Part shown: one piece after another, positions 48,359-58,063 of the stretch
Layout: each line of letters opens with the position of its first letter
Numbering within the stretch: position 1 is the first letter of the stretch
NCBI GenBank assembly: GCA_947085185.1
Contig: CAMTVK010000001.1
Coordinates: forward strand, 32,001 to 96,000
DNA length: 64,000 nt
From: Candidatus Fraserbacteria bacterium
GTDB taxonomy: Bacteria; Bipolaricaulota; Bipolaricaulia; RBG-16-55-9; DRXL01
Reading direction: 5' to 3'
Position numbers and translations under genes: made by a program
Notes under the pieces: generated by a model
The model's input: the letters and a program-made list of their open reading frames with translations, nothing else
Told to the model about the DNA's origin: nothing
Databases searched by the model: none

Positions 48359-49381
48359 ATGCTGCCCTCAAAGATCTCTCAATCGCGAAGTCGGGAAGTC
48401 ACGAGGACTCATGGCCCGATCTCTGCGTTTCTCACGCATCACTTCAGGCACTTCAACGCGGCAACGCTCATAGAGGCCGCCGACGCGTACCGTCGCCATC
48501 TCGACGCCGGCGGCAAGATGCTGCTCACTCTGGCAGGAGCAATGAGCACGGCCGAACTGGGACTCAGCCTCGCAGAGATGATCCGCCAGGACAAAGTCCA
48601 TGCGATCTCCTGCACCGGGGCCAACCTCGAAGAAGATCTGTTCAATCTTGTGGCCCACGACTTCTATGAGCGGGTGCCAAACTGGCGGGATCTGACGCCT
48701 CAAGATGAGCAGGCGCTCTTTGAGCGCCACATGAACCGCGTCACCGACACGTGTATCCCTGAGGAGGAGGCGATGCGGCGGCTGGAGCGCGCGCTGCTAG
48801 AGGAGTGGACGCGCGCCGACCGCGCCGGTGAGCGCTTCTTCCCCCATGAGTTTATGTACCGCATCCTGCGGTCGGGTGCGCTGGAGCAGTTCTACCAGAT
48901 CGATCCAAAAGATTCGTGGGTCTACGCGGCGATGGAGAAGGACTTGCCCCTCTTTGTGCCCGGTTGGGAAGACTCGACCATGGGGAACATGTACGCGGCG
49001 CACTGCATCGCGGGAGACATCCGGAACATCCACACGGTGCGCACCGGGATCGAGTATATGATCGAGCTGGCAGAATGGTACACGCAGATGTCCGCGGAAG
49101 CGTCCATAGGATTCTTTCAGATTGGAGGGGGGATCGCTGGGGATTTTGCGATCTGCGTCGTCCCCATGCTCCATCAAGATCTGCGGCGCAAAGACGTCCC
49201 GGTGTGGGGCTATTTCTGTCAGATCTCAGATGCGACGACGAGCTACGGGTCCTACTCAGGCGCCATCCCCAACGAGAAGATCACGTGGGGCAAGCTTGCG
49301 GTGGAGACGCCCAAATTCGTCATCGAATCAGATGCCACGATCGTCGCGCCGCTCATCTTCGCGTACGTCCTTGGATGGTGA
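48359..49381 (+). CDS. Deoxyhypusine synthase-like protein
   Basis: TLAGAMSTAELG, CTGANLEED, PGWEDST, FQIGGGIAGDF, SYGSYSGA.PNEKITWGK. Confidence 0.93.
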   Translation: MLPSKISQSRSREVTRTHGPISAFLTHHFRHFNAATLIEAADAYRRHLDAGGKMLLTLAGAMSTAELGLSLAEMIRQDKVHAISCTGANLEEDLFNLVAHDFYERVPNWRDLTPQDEQALFERHMNRVTDTCIPEEEAMRRLERALLEEWTRADRAGERFFPHEFMYRILRSGALEQFYQIDPKDSWVYAAMEKDLPLFVPGWEDSTMGNMYAAHCIAGDIRNIHTVRTGIEYMIELAEWYTQMSAEASIGFFQIGGGIAGDFAICVVPMLHQDLRRKDVPVWGYFCQISDATTSYGSYSGAIPNEKITWGKLAVETPKFVIESDATIVAPLIFAYVLGW

Positions 49382-49388
49382 GGGTGTT

Positions 49389-50432
49389 CTAGCAGATTCT
49401 GGGGAGCTGCTCCCCGCTGAGCATATCTACGATTCTCTGGGCGCCAATGCGGCTCTTGAGGGTGACAAGGCCTTGAGGCTCTGCTAAGACGCGCCCAATG
49501 AGCGCTGCTTGTGGGGAGAAGGTCTTGAGGATCTCGAGCGCTCGCGCGGCGTCCTGCGGCGCAACAAACGCGATGAAGCGCCCCTCATTAGCAACGTAGA
49601 GGGGATCCAGCCCTAAGATCTCACACGCCCCCTGCACGTCCTCGCGGACGGGCACGGCGCTCTCGTCTATAGCAATATTCACGTGCGCCGCTTGAGCGAT
49701 CTCGGTGAGGGCGCTGGCGAGCCCGCCGCGCGTCAGATCCCGCAGACAGTGAATCTCGATGTCCTCTTCGATGAGCTTCATGACGGGATGCGCTAATGGG
49801 GTGCAGTCGCTAGTGATTTCGCTCTCGAACGCGAGCCCCTCGCGCACGGCCATGATCGCGATCCCGTGGCGCCCTATGTCTCCGTTGAGTACGACCACAT
49901 CGTTGGGGCGGACGCGCGTGGGGGAAATCACACGATCGTGCTCGATGATCCCCAGGCCCGCAGTGTTAATAAAAACTCCGTCGCCCTTGCCCTTGTCTAC
50001 GACTTTGGTGTCTCCAGTGACAATCTGCACCTGGGCGATCTGGGCAGCTTCTCTCATAGACTGCACGATGCGCCAGAGGGTTTCCATGGGAAGCCCTTCT
50101 TCTAAAATAAACCCCGTGCTCAAGAAGAGCGGGCGGGCGCCACACATCGCCAAGTCATTGACGGTGCCGTAGATCGCTAACTTTCCGATATCTCCGCCAG
50201 GGAAGAAGAGCGGCCGCACCACATACGAATCGGTCGTGAAGGCGAGCCTGGCGCCGTTGAGGGTGAAGGTCGCGCCGTCATGGCGCTCATTGAGATACTC
50301 ATTTGCGAACGCTGCACCAAAGATCTTTTCGATGAGTTGGTGCATCAGTCTGCCGCCGCCCCCGTGCGCCAACAGAATCTGGGGATATTCAGAGATGGGG
50401 ATGGGGCAGCTCAGGGAAAATTCTTCAGCCAT
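49389..50432 (-). CDS. hypE: Hydrogenase maturation carbamoyl dehydratase
   Basis: [32 protein letters not shown], terminal GEQLPRIC. Confidence 0.97.
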   Translation of the reverse strand: MAEEFSLSCPIPISEYPQILLAHGGGGRLMHQLIEKIFGAAFANEYLNERHDGATFTLNGARLAFTTDSYVVRPLFFPGGDIGKLAIYGTVNDLAMCGARPLFLSTGFILEEGLPMETLWRIVQSMREAAQIAQVQIVTGDTKVVDKGKGDGVFINTAGLGIIEHDRVISPTRVRPNDVVVLNGDIGRHGIAIMAVREGLAFESEITSDCTPLAHPVMKLIEEDIEIHCLRDLTRGGLASALTEIAQAAHVNIAIDESAVPVREDVQGACEILGLDPLYVANEGRFIAFVAPQDAARALEILKTFSPQAALIGRVLAEPQGLVTLKSRIGAQRIVDMLSGEQLPRIC

Positions 50433-51519
50433 GCTGCTTCCTCCGGTAGCGATAGTACGCGGCGCACGCGCCTTCAGAGGAGACCATCGGCGCTCCCAGA
50501 GGGCGCTCGGGAGTGCAGCGCGTCCCAAACGCTGGACACTCGTGGGGCTTCTTCACGCCCTGTAACACCAGCCCCGCCATGCACTCCGACGGCTCTTCGA
50601 CCGAGCGATGGGTAAGCCCGAATTTCTGCGCGGCGTCAAATTCTCTGTATTTTTCTGTGAGACCTAGCCCGCTTTGGGGGATCTCTCCAATGCCACGCCA
50701 TTTTCGAGGGACAACACAGAAGACTTCGCGAATGAGCTCTTGCGCTTTGAGATTCCCCTGGCGGCGCACCGACCGGGTATACTGATTTTCGACGTCGTAG
50801 CGCCCCTCTTGAAGCTGCTTGACGCACATATAGACGCCCTGCAAGATATCGAGCGGCTCAAACCCTGTCACGACGATGGGGACTCTATATTTTTTGGCGA
50901 TGGGTTCGTATTCGGTGTAGCCCATCACGGTGCAGACGTGGCCTGCAGCTAAAAAGCCCTGGACGCGATTCTTTGGGGAAGAGAGAATCGCTTCTAGTGC
51001 TGGGGGGACCAAGACGTGCGATACCAACAGCGAAAAATTTTGTATCTTTTGGTGATAGGCTTGGTAGACGGCCATGGCATTAGCCGGGGCGGTCGTCTCG
51101 AAGCCCACGGCGAAGAAGACGACTTCTCTCTTGGGATTCTCTTGAGCGAGTTTGAGGGCATCTAAGGGCGAGTAGACGATGCGCACGTCGCCCCCTTGCG
51201 CCTTGACCGAGAGCAGATCACACTTGGTGCCGGGGACGCGCAGCATATCGCCAAACGAGCAAAAGATCACCTCAGGGCGCGAGGCGATCTCGATCGCTTT
51301 GTCTATGAGCTCGACGGGGGTGACGCAGACGGGGCAGCCCGGCCCATGCACAAGCGTGATCTCCTTGGGGAGCAGCTCGTCTATGCCGAATTTAATAATA
51401 GCATGGGTCTGGCCGCCGCAGACCTCCATGATCGTCCAGGGTCTTGTGGTGATCTGGGCGATCAGCCGGGCGTAGCGCCATGCGAGCGTGGCGTCGCGAT
51501 ACTCGTCAATAAATCTCAT
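50425..51519 (-). CDS. hypD: Hydrogenase maturation protein HypD
   Basis: [34 protein letters not shown]. Confidence 0.98.
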   Translation of the reverse strand: MRFIDEYRDATLAWRYARLIAQITTRPWTIMEVCGGQTHAIIKFGIDELLPKEITLVHGPGCPVCVTPVELIDKAIEIASRPEVIFCSFGDMLRVPGTKCDLLSVKAQGGDVRIVYSPLDALKLAQENPKREVVFFAVGFETTAPANAMAVYQAYHQKIQNFSLLVSHVLVPPALEAILSSPKNRVQGFLAAGHVCTVMGYTEYEPIAKKYRVPIVVTGFEPLDILQGVYMCVKQLQEGRYDVENQYTRSVRRQGNLKAQELIREVFCVVPRKWRGIGEIPQSGLGLTEKYREFDAAQKFGLTHRSVEEPSECMAGLVLQGVKKPHECPAFGTRCTPERPLGAPMVSSEGACAAYYRYRRKQHG

Positions 51520-51566
51520 CTTTCAAAGAATAGCACAGACGCCAAGCCCGCTCAAACGAAGTCTTA

Positions 51567-52646
51567 TTAATAGAGAGTATATTGAAATCCCAAGCTCAGC
51601 CCCCAGCTCGGCTCTTCAAAGCCTGTTCCCCAACTTGTCTCTGTGCGTGCAAGCACGCTGAGGGCACTGGAGACGCGCACGCTGAAATTGACGGTGAGCG
51701 TATGGAGCTGGGTCATTGCTGTAGGCTGTTGCGTTCCGGAGAAGCTATAGAGAGCCGTCATGGTCGCTGTGGGGGAGAGCACCCGGTTGTAGCTTGCTGA
51801 GGCGGTCAGGCGAGCATATCCGGTGAAGGGCAGATCGGCTTGCCAGAGGGCATTGGCGAGGAACCCACTGTCGGCATCGAGGGCGCGGGCCAAATTCGAA
51901 GCTATTTGAATGACTGCGCTGTTGGTCCCCGTGGGGTCGAAGACTTCGTAGCCCGCTGAGGCTGTGAGATCAAAGCCGCAGAAGCGGCGGCTCTCGTCGC
52001 TGAGCACGCTTTGGAGCACGAGCACGCCTCGCACGCCCAGGGTCGTCCCCAGGGCTTTCTCGAGCTCTTCTAGGACGGCTGTCAGGCCCAGCTCCGCGCG
52101 CCGCCCAATGATCTGAGCAATCTGATTGAGCTGATCTTGAGAGAGCGGCTGCGTCAGGATCTTCTCTTGGTGGAGGGCTTCGGAGACTTTCAGCGCTTTG
52201 GCCATAGGGGTGACATCGCGGAAGCGTCCCCATCCTGCACCGGCAAGCAACGTGACAGCGAGATTGGCCTGCCCCGGAACCCCCGTGGATGCCAGACCTC
52301 CAAAGAGAAAGAGATTCTCGTCCAGATACCGACGCAGCTCGGCAGAGCTCGCGATCGAGATGTCAAATTGGATAGCTTGCCCTAGCTCCAGACGCGCTGA
52401 GCCCTCTAAGCGATAGCCCCACTCCGGCTCGGCTAACCACGACACCCATTGGACGGCTAAATGACCAACGCTGACATTGTCACGATTATCGAGATATTTG
52501 TCGTTGAAATAGCGATAGTCCCCACTAAGACTGAGAGCGAAGAGCTCGTTGCGCGGAGGAGTGTAGTCGCAGATATTGACCTGTGCTAAAGCCACCCCAC
52601 TAGAGATCACGAGAGAGATTGCAATAACGCTCAGCACTGTTTTCAT
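51567..52646 (-). CDS. Secreted, probable outer-membrane beta-barrel protein
   Basis: Signal peptide, alternating amphipathic strands, C-terminal LSLGFQYTLY; own TTGACT-17-TATAAT promoter (52689-52717). Confidence 0.65.
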   Translation of the reverse strand: MKTVLSVIAISLVISSGVALAQVNICDYTPPRNELFALSLSGDYRYFNDKYLDNRDNVSVGHLAVQWVSWLAEPEWGYRLEGSARLELGQAIQFDISIASSAELRRYLDENLFLFGGLASTGVPGQANLAVTLLAGAGWGRFRDVTPMAKALKVSEALHQEKILTQPLSQDQLNQIAQIIGRRAELGLTAVLEELEKALGTTLGVRGVLVLQSVLSDESRRFCGFDLTASAGYEVFDPTGTNSAVIQIASNLARALDADSGFLANALWQADLPFTGYARLTASASYNRVLSPTATMTALYSFSGTQQPTAMTQLHTLTVNFSVRVSSALSVLARTETSWGTGFEEPSWGLSLGFQYTLY

Positions 52647-52750
52647 AAACAGCACTCCTTTCTTGCTCTTGTGTTTGGTTGCTCATAGATTATACGTATA
52701 TAGCAAACGTTAGTCAAATTTTAAAGTTCCATTGGGGGGGGCACAATGAC

Positions 52751-53020
52751 TTACGAATGCTGCTTAGGCCCTGACATCTTGAGCTCTTCCAGCTCGCCCA
52801 TCTCTTTGAGATACTCGAAGACTTTTTGGGCTTCGGCTTCATTGAGCTTGCCGATCGCAAAGCCGACGTGCACGATGACGTAGTCGCCGACTTGAGCGTC
52901 GGGGACATACGCTAGATTGACTTCTTTCACGATGCCCCCAAAGCTCACCCTGCCCGTGCGCAGGATGGGATCGTCGTTCTCGCTAATGCTGATGATCTTC
53001 CCTGGAACGGCAAGACACAT
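52751..53020 (-). CDS. hypC: Hydrogenase maturation chaperone HypC
   Basis: MCLAVPGKI, VGDYVIVHVGFAI. Confidence 0.97.
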   Translation of the reverse strand: MCLAVPGKIISISENDDPILRTGRVSFGGIVKEVNLAYVPDAQVGDYVIVHVGFAIGKLNEAEAQKVFEYLKEMGELEELKMSGPKQHS

Positions 53021-53026
53021 CTCTAT

Positions 53027-55294
53027 TCACCCCTTAGCCCAAGCAGCGACGATCTGTCCGAGGGCGATGCCCCCGTCGTTGGGGGGAATTCTCTGGTGCC
53101 AATAGACACGAAAGCCCTCCTCACGGAGCCGCGCGATCGCCCGCTCGGTCAGATAGAGATTCTGAAAGCATCCGCCTGTGAGCACGACCCTCTCTTCCCC
53201 GACACGCCGCGCCACAGCGACGATCATCTCCACCAGAGTCTTGTGAAACTTCGCTGCTATCTTACCAACTGAAACGCTATCACGCACGTCGCCAACGAGA
53301 GAGCGAAGCATCGGCCCCCAGTCGAGCGTCTCTTCCGAGAGAGCAAAATCATAGCTCTCGTCTGTCTCGATCCCGTGCAGGGCAAATTCGAGCTCCATCG
53401 CCGCTTGGCCCTCAAAACGATTGATCTGTCTCAGCCCCACTATCGAAGCGAGAGCATCGAAGAGCCGCCCGACGCTCGAAGTGTAAGGGCTGTTGAGATC
53501 CTTCTGGAGCATTGTGCGCAAGATCTCAAGCTCTCTTTCAGAGAAGGCCCGCACCGGTGCGCATTCTGTCATGGAGAAGAGCGCATCCCCATAGAGCTCG
53601 TAGAGCACACCGAGAGCAGATCGTCTCGGCTCTCTGACAGCGTGCTCGCCTCCGGGAAGACGAAACGGTCGCAGATAGGCAACCCTCGTGAAAGATTCTC
53701 GCGTCGCCAGCAGAAACTCTCCCCCCCAGATCGTGCCGTCGAGCCCGTAGCCCGTCCCGTCCCACGAAACACCCAGCACTGGGCCGTCGAGTTCGTTCTC
53801 GGCCATGCACGCAAGCACATGCGCGTAGTGATGCTGCACGCTCAGTTTGGGAAGCTTGTGTCCTTGGGCGTACTGCGTCGAGAGATAGTCCGGGTGCAGA
53901 TCACACGCGATGATCCGGGGGTGAGCTTCGTAGAGCCTTTCAAAGTCAGCGATCACCCTCTGAAACGCCTCGAACGCTTGGGGCGTCTCTAAGTCCCCAA
54001 TATGCTGACTGACGAAGACGTTTGGGCCGACCGAGAGCGCGACGGTATTTTTGAGATGAGCGCCGACAGCTAAGACAGTTTTGGGTTTTGCGCGCTCCAT
54101 CTGCAGGTGTATGGGGAGCGGGGCAAAGCCGCGGGCGCGGCGCAGCACCAGCTCCCGACCGGCTATGATACGCACGATCGAGTCGTCCACATGGCGGGCA
54201 ATGGGACGATCGTGCACGAGAAAGAGATCGGCGATTCTAGTGAGTCGTGTGAGGGCTTCGTGCTCGTCGGTGCAGATGGGCTCATCGGAGAGGTTCCCGC
54301 TTGTGGCGACGACGGGGAACCCCAGCTCGGCCATCAAGAGATGGTGCAAGGGGGTATAGGGGAGCATCACGCCCAGATAGGGGGTGCGCGGGGCGACAGT
54401 GGGGGCGATCTGCGCATGCTCTTTCCGGCGCACAAGCACGATCGGCGCCTCCGGAGCAGTAAGCACTCGCTCTTCAAGCTTTGAAATTTCGCAGTGCGCT
54501 TTAACAAGCTCTAGCGATGGGTACATGAGTGCGAGGGGCTTCTCTTGGCGGTGCTTGCGGCGACGCAGCTCGTGCACGGCTTGTTCATCGCGAGCATCGC
54601 AGATGAGATGGAACCCGCCCAAGCCCTTCACCGCGACGATCTGTCCGTCGCGAATCGCTTGGGCAGCGTGGAGCAAGGCGTCGTCGTACTGAGCGAGCAC
54701 GGTGCCCTTGGGGTCCCATAGTTCTAGGTGCGGCCCGCACTTTGGGCAGGCGTTGGGTTGAGCGTGGAAGCGCCGATTCGATGGGTCGTCGTACTCGGCC
54801 TGGCAGTCAGAGCACATCGGGAATTTTTTCATAGTGGTGTTCGGGCGATCATACGGGAGGGCTTCAATGATGGAGAAGCGCGGGCCACAATTGGTGCAGT
54901 TGGTGAATGGGTAGCGATAGCGTCGGTCATGGGGATCGAAGATCTCGCGTACGCACTCAGGGCAGGTCGCAATATCTGGGAGGATAAGAGCTGTCTTGTG
55001 GCCCGACTCGTCGCTGTGGCGGATCTCGAATGCGCTAGAGCCGACGGGATCGAGCCAAGAGTATTCTAAGCTCTGGATGAACGCGTGCGGAGGCTTGTCG
55101 CGCGTCAGTCTCTGGAGAAACTCGTCGAGTTGCGCTTTGGTTCCCTCGGCTTCGATGGAGACGCCCTGGGCGGAGTTGAGCACCCAGCCCGTGAGTTTCA
55201 GTTCTGTCGCCAGGCGCCAGACGAATGGCCGAAAGCCTACCCCTTGCACCGCGCCGTGAATAGCGATCTTCAAGCGAACGATCTGTTCGCTCAT
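53027..55294 (-). CDS. hypF: Carbamoyltransferase HypF
   Basis: G.VQGVGFRPF, zinc fingers (CPEC, CTNCGPR, C..C, HAQPNACPKCGP), QHHYAH, PPNDGGIALGQ. Confidence 0.98.
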   Translation of the reverse strand: MSEQIVRLKIAIHGAVQGVGFRPFVWRLATELKLTGWVLNSAQGVSIEAEGTKAQLDEFLQRLTRDKPPHAFIQSLEYSWLDPVGSSAFEIRHSDESGHKTALILPDIATCPECVREIFDPHDRRYRYPFTNCTNCGPRFSIIEALPYDRPNTTMKKFPMCSDCQAEYDDPSNRRFHAQPNACPKCGPHLELWDPKGTVLAQYDDALLHAAQAIRDGQIVAVKGLGGFHLICDARDEQAVHELRRRKHRQEKPLALMYPSLELVKAHCEISKLEERVLTAPEAPIVLVRRKEHAQIAPTVAPRTPYLGVMLPYTPLHHLLMAELGFPVVATSGNLSDEPICTDEHEALTRLTRIADLFLVHDRPIARHVDDSIVRIIAGRELVLRRARGFAPLPIHLQMERAKPKTVLAVGAHLKNTVALSVGPNVFVSQHIGDLETPQAFEAFQRVIADFERLYEAHPRIIACDLHPDYLSTQYAQGHKLPKLSVQHHYAHVLACMAENELDGPVLGVSWDGTGYGLDGTIWGGEFLLATRESFTRVAYLRPFRLPGGEHAVREPRRSALGVLYELYGDALFSMTECAPVRAFSERELEILRTMLQKDLNSPYTSSVGRLFDALASIVGLRQINRFEGQAAMELEFALHGIETDESYDFALSEETLDWGPMLRSLVGDVRDSVSVGKIAAKFHKTLVEMIVAVARRVGEERVVLTGGCFQNLYLTERAIARLREEGFRVYWHQRIPPNDGGIALGQIVAAWAKG

Positions 55295-55459
55295 GGCTCT
55301 TAAGTATATGAGCTGCGTGCACGGGGCGGCAAGCCCTCGGCTTTCTCTAGAGCTCTCTTATGATTTGTCGTTGAGGGGGGAGATTTTGATTTTTGCTAGC
55401 TTTTTCGCTGATCTTGATCATAGCGCGATCTGGGGAAGTTCACCTAAAATGCAACGGCT

Positions 55460-56200
55460 ATGAAGATTGCGATCTCGGGCAAGGGCGGGGTGGGCAAGAC
55501 CACGCTCTGTGCTCTGCTAGCGAGAGAGGCTGTCGCGCAAGGGAAGCGCGTCTTCGCTGTGGACGCCGACCCAAACCCAACGTTGGCCTTGGCCCTGGGC
55601 CTCCCCGGAGAGATCACACCCCTGGTCGAGCTGCAAGGGCTCATAGAAGAGCGCGTGGGCTCGATGGATGGCTTTTTTCGACTCAACCCCACAGTCGACG
55701 ACATCCCTGAGCGCTTTGCTGTCGAGCACGACGGCATAAAGCTCTTGGTGATGGGGCCGATCCGTCAGGGCGGAGGCGGCTGCGCCTGCCCGCAGAATAC
55801 GTTCTTGAAGGGCTTGCTGCAGCACTTGGTCTTGGAGCGCGATGAAGTGATTCTGTTAGATTTTGAGGCGGGGCTGGAGCCCCTGGGCCGCGCTACAGCC
55901 CAAGGGGTGGACGCGCTGCTCATCGTCGTCGAGCCCGACGGGGGAAGCGTCGTCACGGCCACGCGCATTCACGCCTTAGCTCAGCAGATCGGGATTAAAA
56001 GAATCTTTGCTGTGGCCAACAAGATCCGTGAGCCCGGCGAGCTGCGCGCCATCGAAGAGAGCTTAGAGATAGCTGTGATTGGGGCGCTGCCTTACAGTGA
56101 GGCGCTCCGCGTCGCCGGCCCTACGGCTCTCAGTGATAGAGAGATCCGCCATCAGGTGCACGCGATCTTGGAGAGCGTTCAGATTCCCTCTTCAGTTTGA
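55460..56200 (+). CDS. cooC: CooC-family Ni-insertion ATPase
   Basis: GKGGVGKTT, VDADP, GCACP, D.EAGLE.LGR. Confidence 0.92.
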   Translation: MKIAISGKGGVGKTTLCALLAREAVAQGKRVFAVDADPNPTLALALGLPGEITPLVELQGLIEERVGSMDGFFRLNPTVDDIPERFAVEHDGIKLLVMGPIRQGGGGCACPQNTFLKGLLQHLVLERDEVILLDFEAGLEPLGRATAQGVDALLIVVEPDGGSVVTATRIHALAQQIGIKRIFAVANKIREPGELRAIEESLEIAVIGALPYSEALRVAGPTALSDREIRHQVHAILESVQIPSSV

Positions 56201-56225
56201 AGAGGACTCCCAAAAAGGAGGCGCG

Positions 56226-56747
56226 ATGGAGCGGCTCTTCTGCGACCCGCGGCGATGTGTGGGCTGTCGGGCGTGTGAGATCGCCTGTGCGGTCGAGCAC
56301 ACGCCTGCAAAAGATCTCTTTCGTGCGGTGCTGGATGGGGAGGTAGGGCCTCCGCGGCGGCGCGTCCAAACTCTTGGAGGTGAGCCCTATCGGGTAGCTA
56401 TCGGGGGAGTAGTTCTTTCGCTGGGCTGCCATCACTGCGACCCGGCACCGTGCGTGGACGCGTGCATCACCGGGGCGATGCACAAAGTCAATGGCGAAAC
56501 TCTCTGCGATGTAGAGAGGTGTATCGGCTGCTGGATGTGCGTGATGAGCTGCCCCTACGGCGCGATCACGCCGAGGGTGAAGGCCCTCAAGTGCGATCTC
56601 TGCCCCGACCGCAGAGAGAGAGTAGGGCGGGCGCGCTATGCGTGTGTGGAGGCGTGCCCCACAGAGGCGCTCTTTGCTGGAACGTTTGAAGAATTCCAAA
56701 AGATCTTGGCCGAGCCGGTAGTCTCCGTATGGGGGGGAAGGCCATGA
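56226..56747 (+). CDS. cooF: CooF-like 4Fe-4S electron transfer protein
   Basis: CVGCRACEIAC, CHHCDPAPCVDAC, CIGCWMCVMSCP, KCDLC...ACVEACP. Confidence 0.85.
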   Translation: MERLFCDPRRCVGCRACEIACAVEHTPAKDLFRAVLDGEVGPPRRRVQTLGGEPYRVAIGGVVLSLGCHHCDPAPCVDACITGAMHKVNGETLCDVERCIGCWMCVMSCPYGAITPRVKALKCDLCPDRRERVGRARYACVEACPTEALFAGTFEEFQKILAEPVVSVWGGRP

Positions 56748-58060
56748 GATTTGTGGTCATCGGGGCTTCCGCGGCGGGCAGCAGTGCGGCGGAAACCTTG
56801 CGTCGCTATGCTCCACAGGCGCAGATTATAGTCGTCTCCGACGAAAAGATCACGTACTCCAAGCCCTTGCTCTCGTATTATCTGGCGGGCAAGCTGGGGG
56901 AGGAGCAGCTCTTCTTTCGTCCTCCGGATTTCTACGAACGCTATAAGATCGAGAGGATTCACGCGCGGGCGGTGGGCCTGCGCCCGGAGAAGAGCGCTGT
57001 TGAGCTCTCGGACGGACGAAAGCTTTATTACGATGCGCTCTTAGTGGCGACCGGGGCCGCGCCGCGCTTTCCCGAGGTCGAAGGGATTCAGCGCGATGGG
57101 GTCTTCGGGCTGCGCAGGCTCGAGGACGCTTCTGGGATTCTGGAGCGGCTGCCCACAGCCCGACGTGCCATAGTGCTGGGTGGGGGCTTAGTGGGGCTGA
57201 AGGCCGCAGCAGCCCTGAAAGAACGGGGCTTGCGTGTGACGGTCTTGGTGGATTCGCCCCATGTGCTCTCGCAGATGCTCGACGAGAGCTCGGCACGGAT
57301 CTTCGAGAGAATCTTTGAGCAGAATGGGGTCGCGATTCGGACAAAAGCAAAGCCCGTTGCTGTGCTAGGCCGAGAGAAGCTCCAAGGCGTTCAGCTCGCT
57401 TCTGGGGAGGTCTTCGAGGGTGATCTGGTCGTCGTGGGCAAGGGCGTCGATCCGAATCTCGAGCTCCTTGAGGGCACATCCATTCAGAGAGACTACGGGA
57501 TACTTGTGGACGACTATTTGCGCACGAGCGTCGAGAATATTTACGCGGCGGGGGACGTGGCGCAGGCTCAAGATGTGCTGCGCGGGGAGCCGTGGATTAA
57601 CGCGCTGTGGCCCTGTGCCGTCGAGCAAGGGCGCGTCGCAGCACTCAATATGCTCGGCAAGGAGACAAGATATCGTGGCTCGATGCGACAGAATAGTGTG
57701 CAGTTCTTTGGAGTGCCCGTGATCTCCGCGGGATTAGCCGTGCTCACGCCGGGACCCTTGGGCGGACGCCCTGGCGAGCACGACGAGACGTTGGAGTTCA
57801 GCCCCGCTCCGGGGATTTACAGAAAGATCTTTCTCAAAGACGATACAATCGTGGGGTTTGTGCTTGTGGGGGATGTGCCCGCTGCAGGGCTCTTGCGCAT
57901 CTTGATGGAGCGGCGCGTCAACGTCGCTCCCGTTAAGGAGAGATTGCTGGAGCTGGGGCCAGATCTGGGGTATCTCTTGCCCTTGATTGCTGAGAACAGA
58001 GAGCAGTTTGCGGAGCGAGAATTCAAAGAACTCGTACAAACTGTGAGTGTGGAGGTGTGA
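56744..58060 (+). CDS. FAD-dependent NAD(P)H oxidoreductase
   Basis: VVIGASAAG, LVATG, VLGGGLVG, TSVENIYAAGDVA. Confidence 0.9.
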   Translation: MRFVVIGASAAGSSAAETLRRYAPQAQIIVVSDEKITYSKPLLSYYLAGKLGEEQLFFRPPDFYERYKIERIHARAVGLRPEKSAVELSDGRKLYYDALLVATGAAPRFPEVEGIQRDGVFGLRRLEDASGILERLPTARRAIVLGGGLVGLKAAAALKERGLRVTVLVDSPHVLSQMLDESSARIFERIFEQNGVAIRTKAKPVAVLGREKLQGVQLASGEVFEGDLVVVGKGVDPNLELLEGTSIQRDYGILVDDYLRTSVENIYAAGDVAQAQDVLRGEPWINALWPCAVEQGRVAALNMLGKETRYRGSMRQNSVQFFGVPVISAGLAVLTPGPLGGRPGEHDETLEFSPAPGIYRKIFLKDDTIVGFVLVGDVPAAGLLRILMERRVNVAPVKERLLELGPDLGYLLPLIAENREQFAEREFKELVQTVSVEV

Positions 58061-58063
58061 AGT

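Noticed and set aside
47864..48371. ORFs overlapping 47.9-48.3 kb
   Set aside because: The region is explained by RNase P RNA
55295..55459. Rex/CooA/NikR operator in the hyp-coo divergent region
   Set aside because: Only weak imperfect palindromes (e.g. TGATCTTGATCA); no convincing consensus
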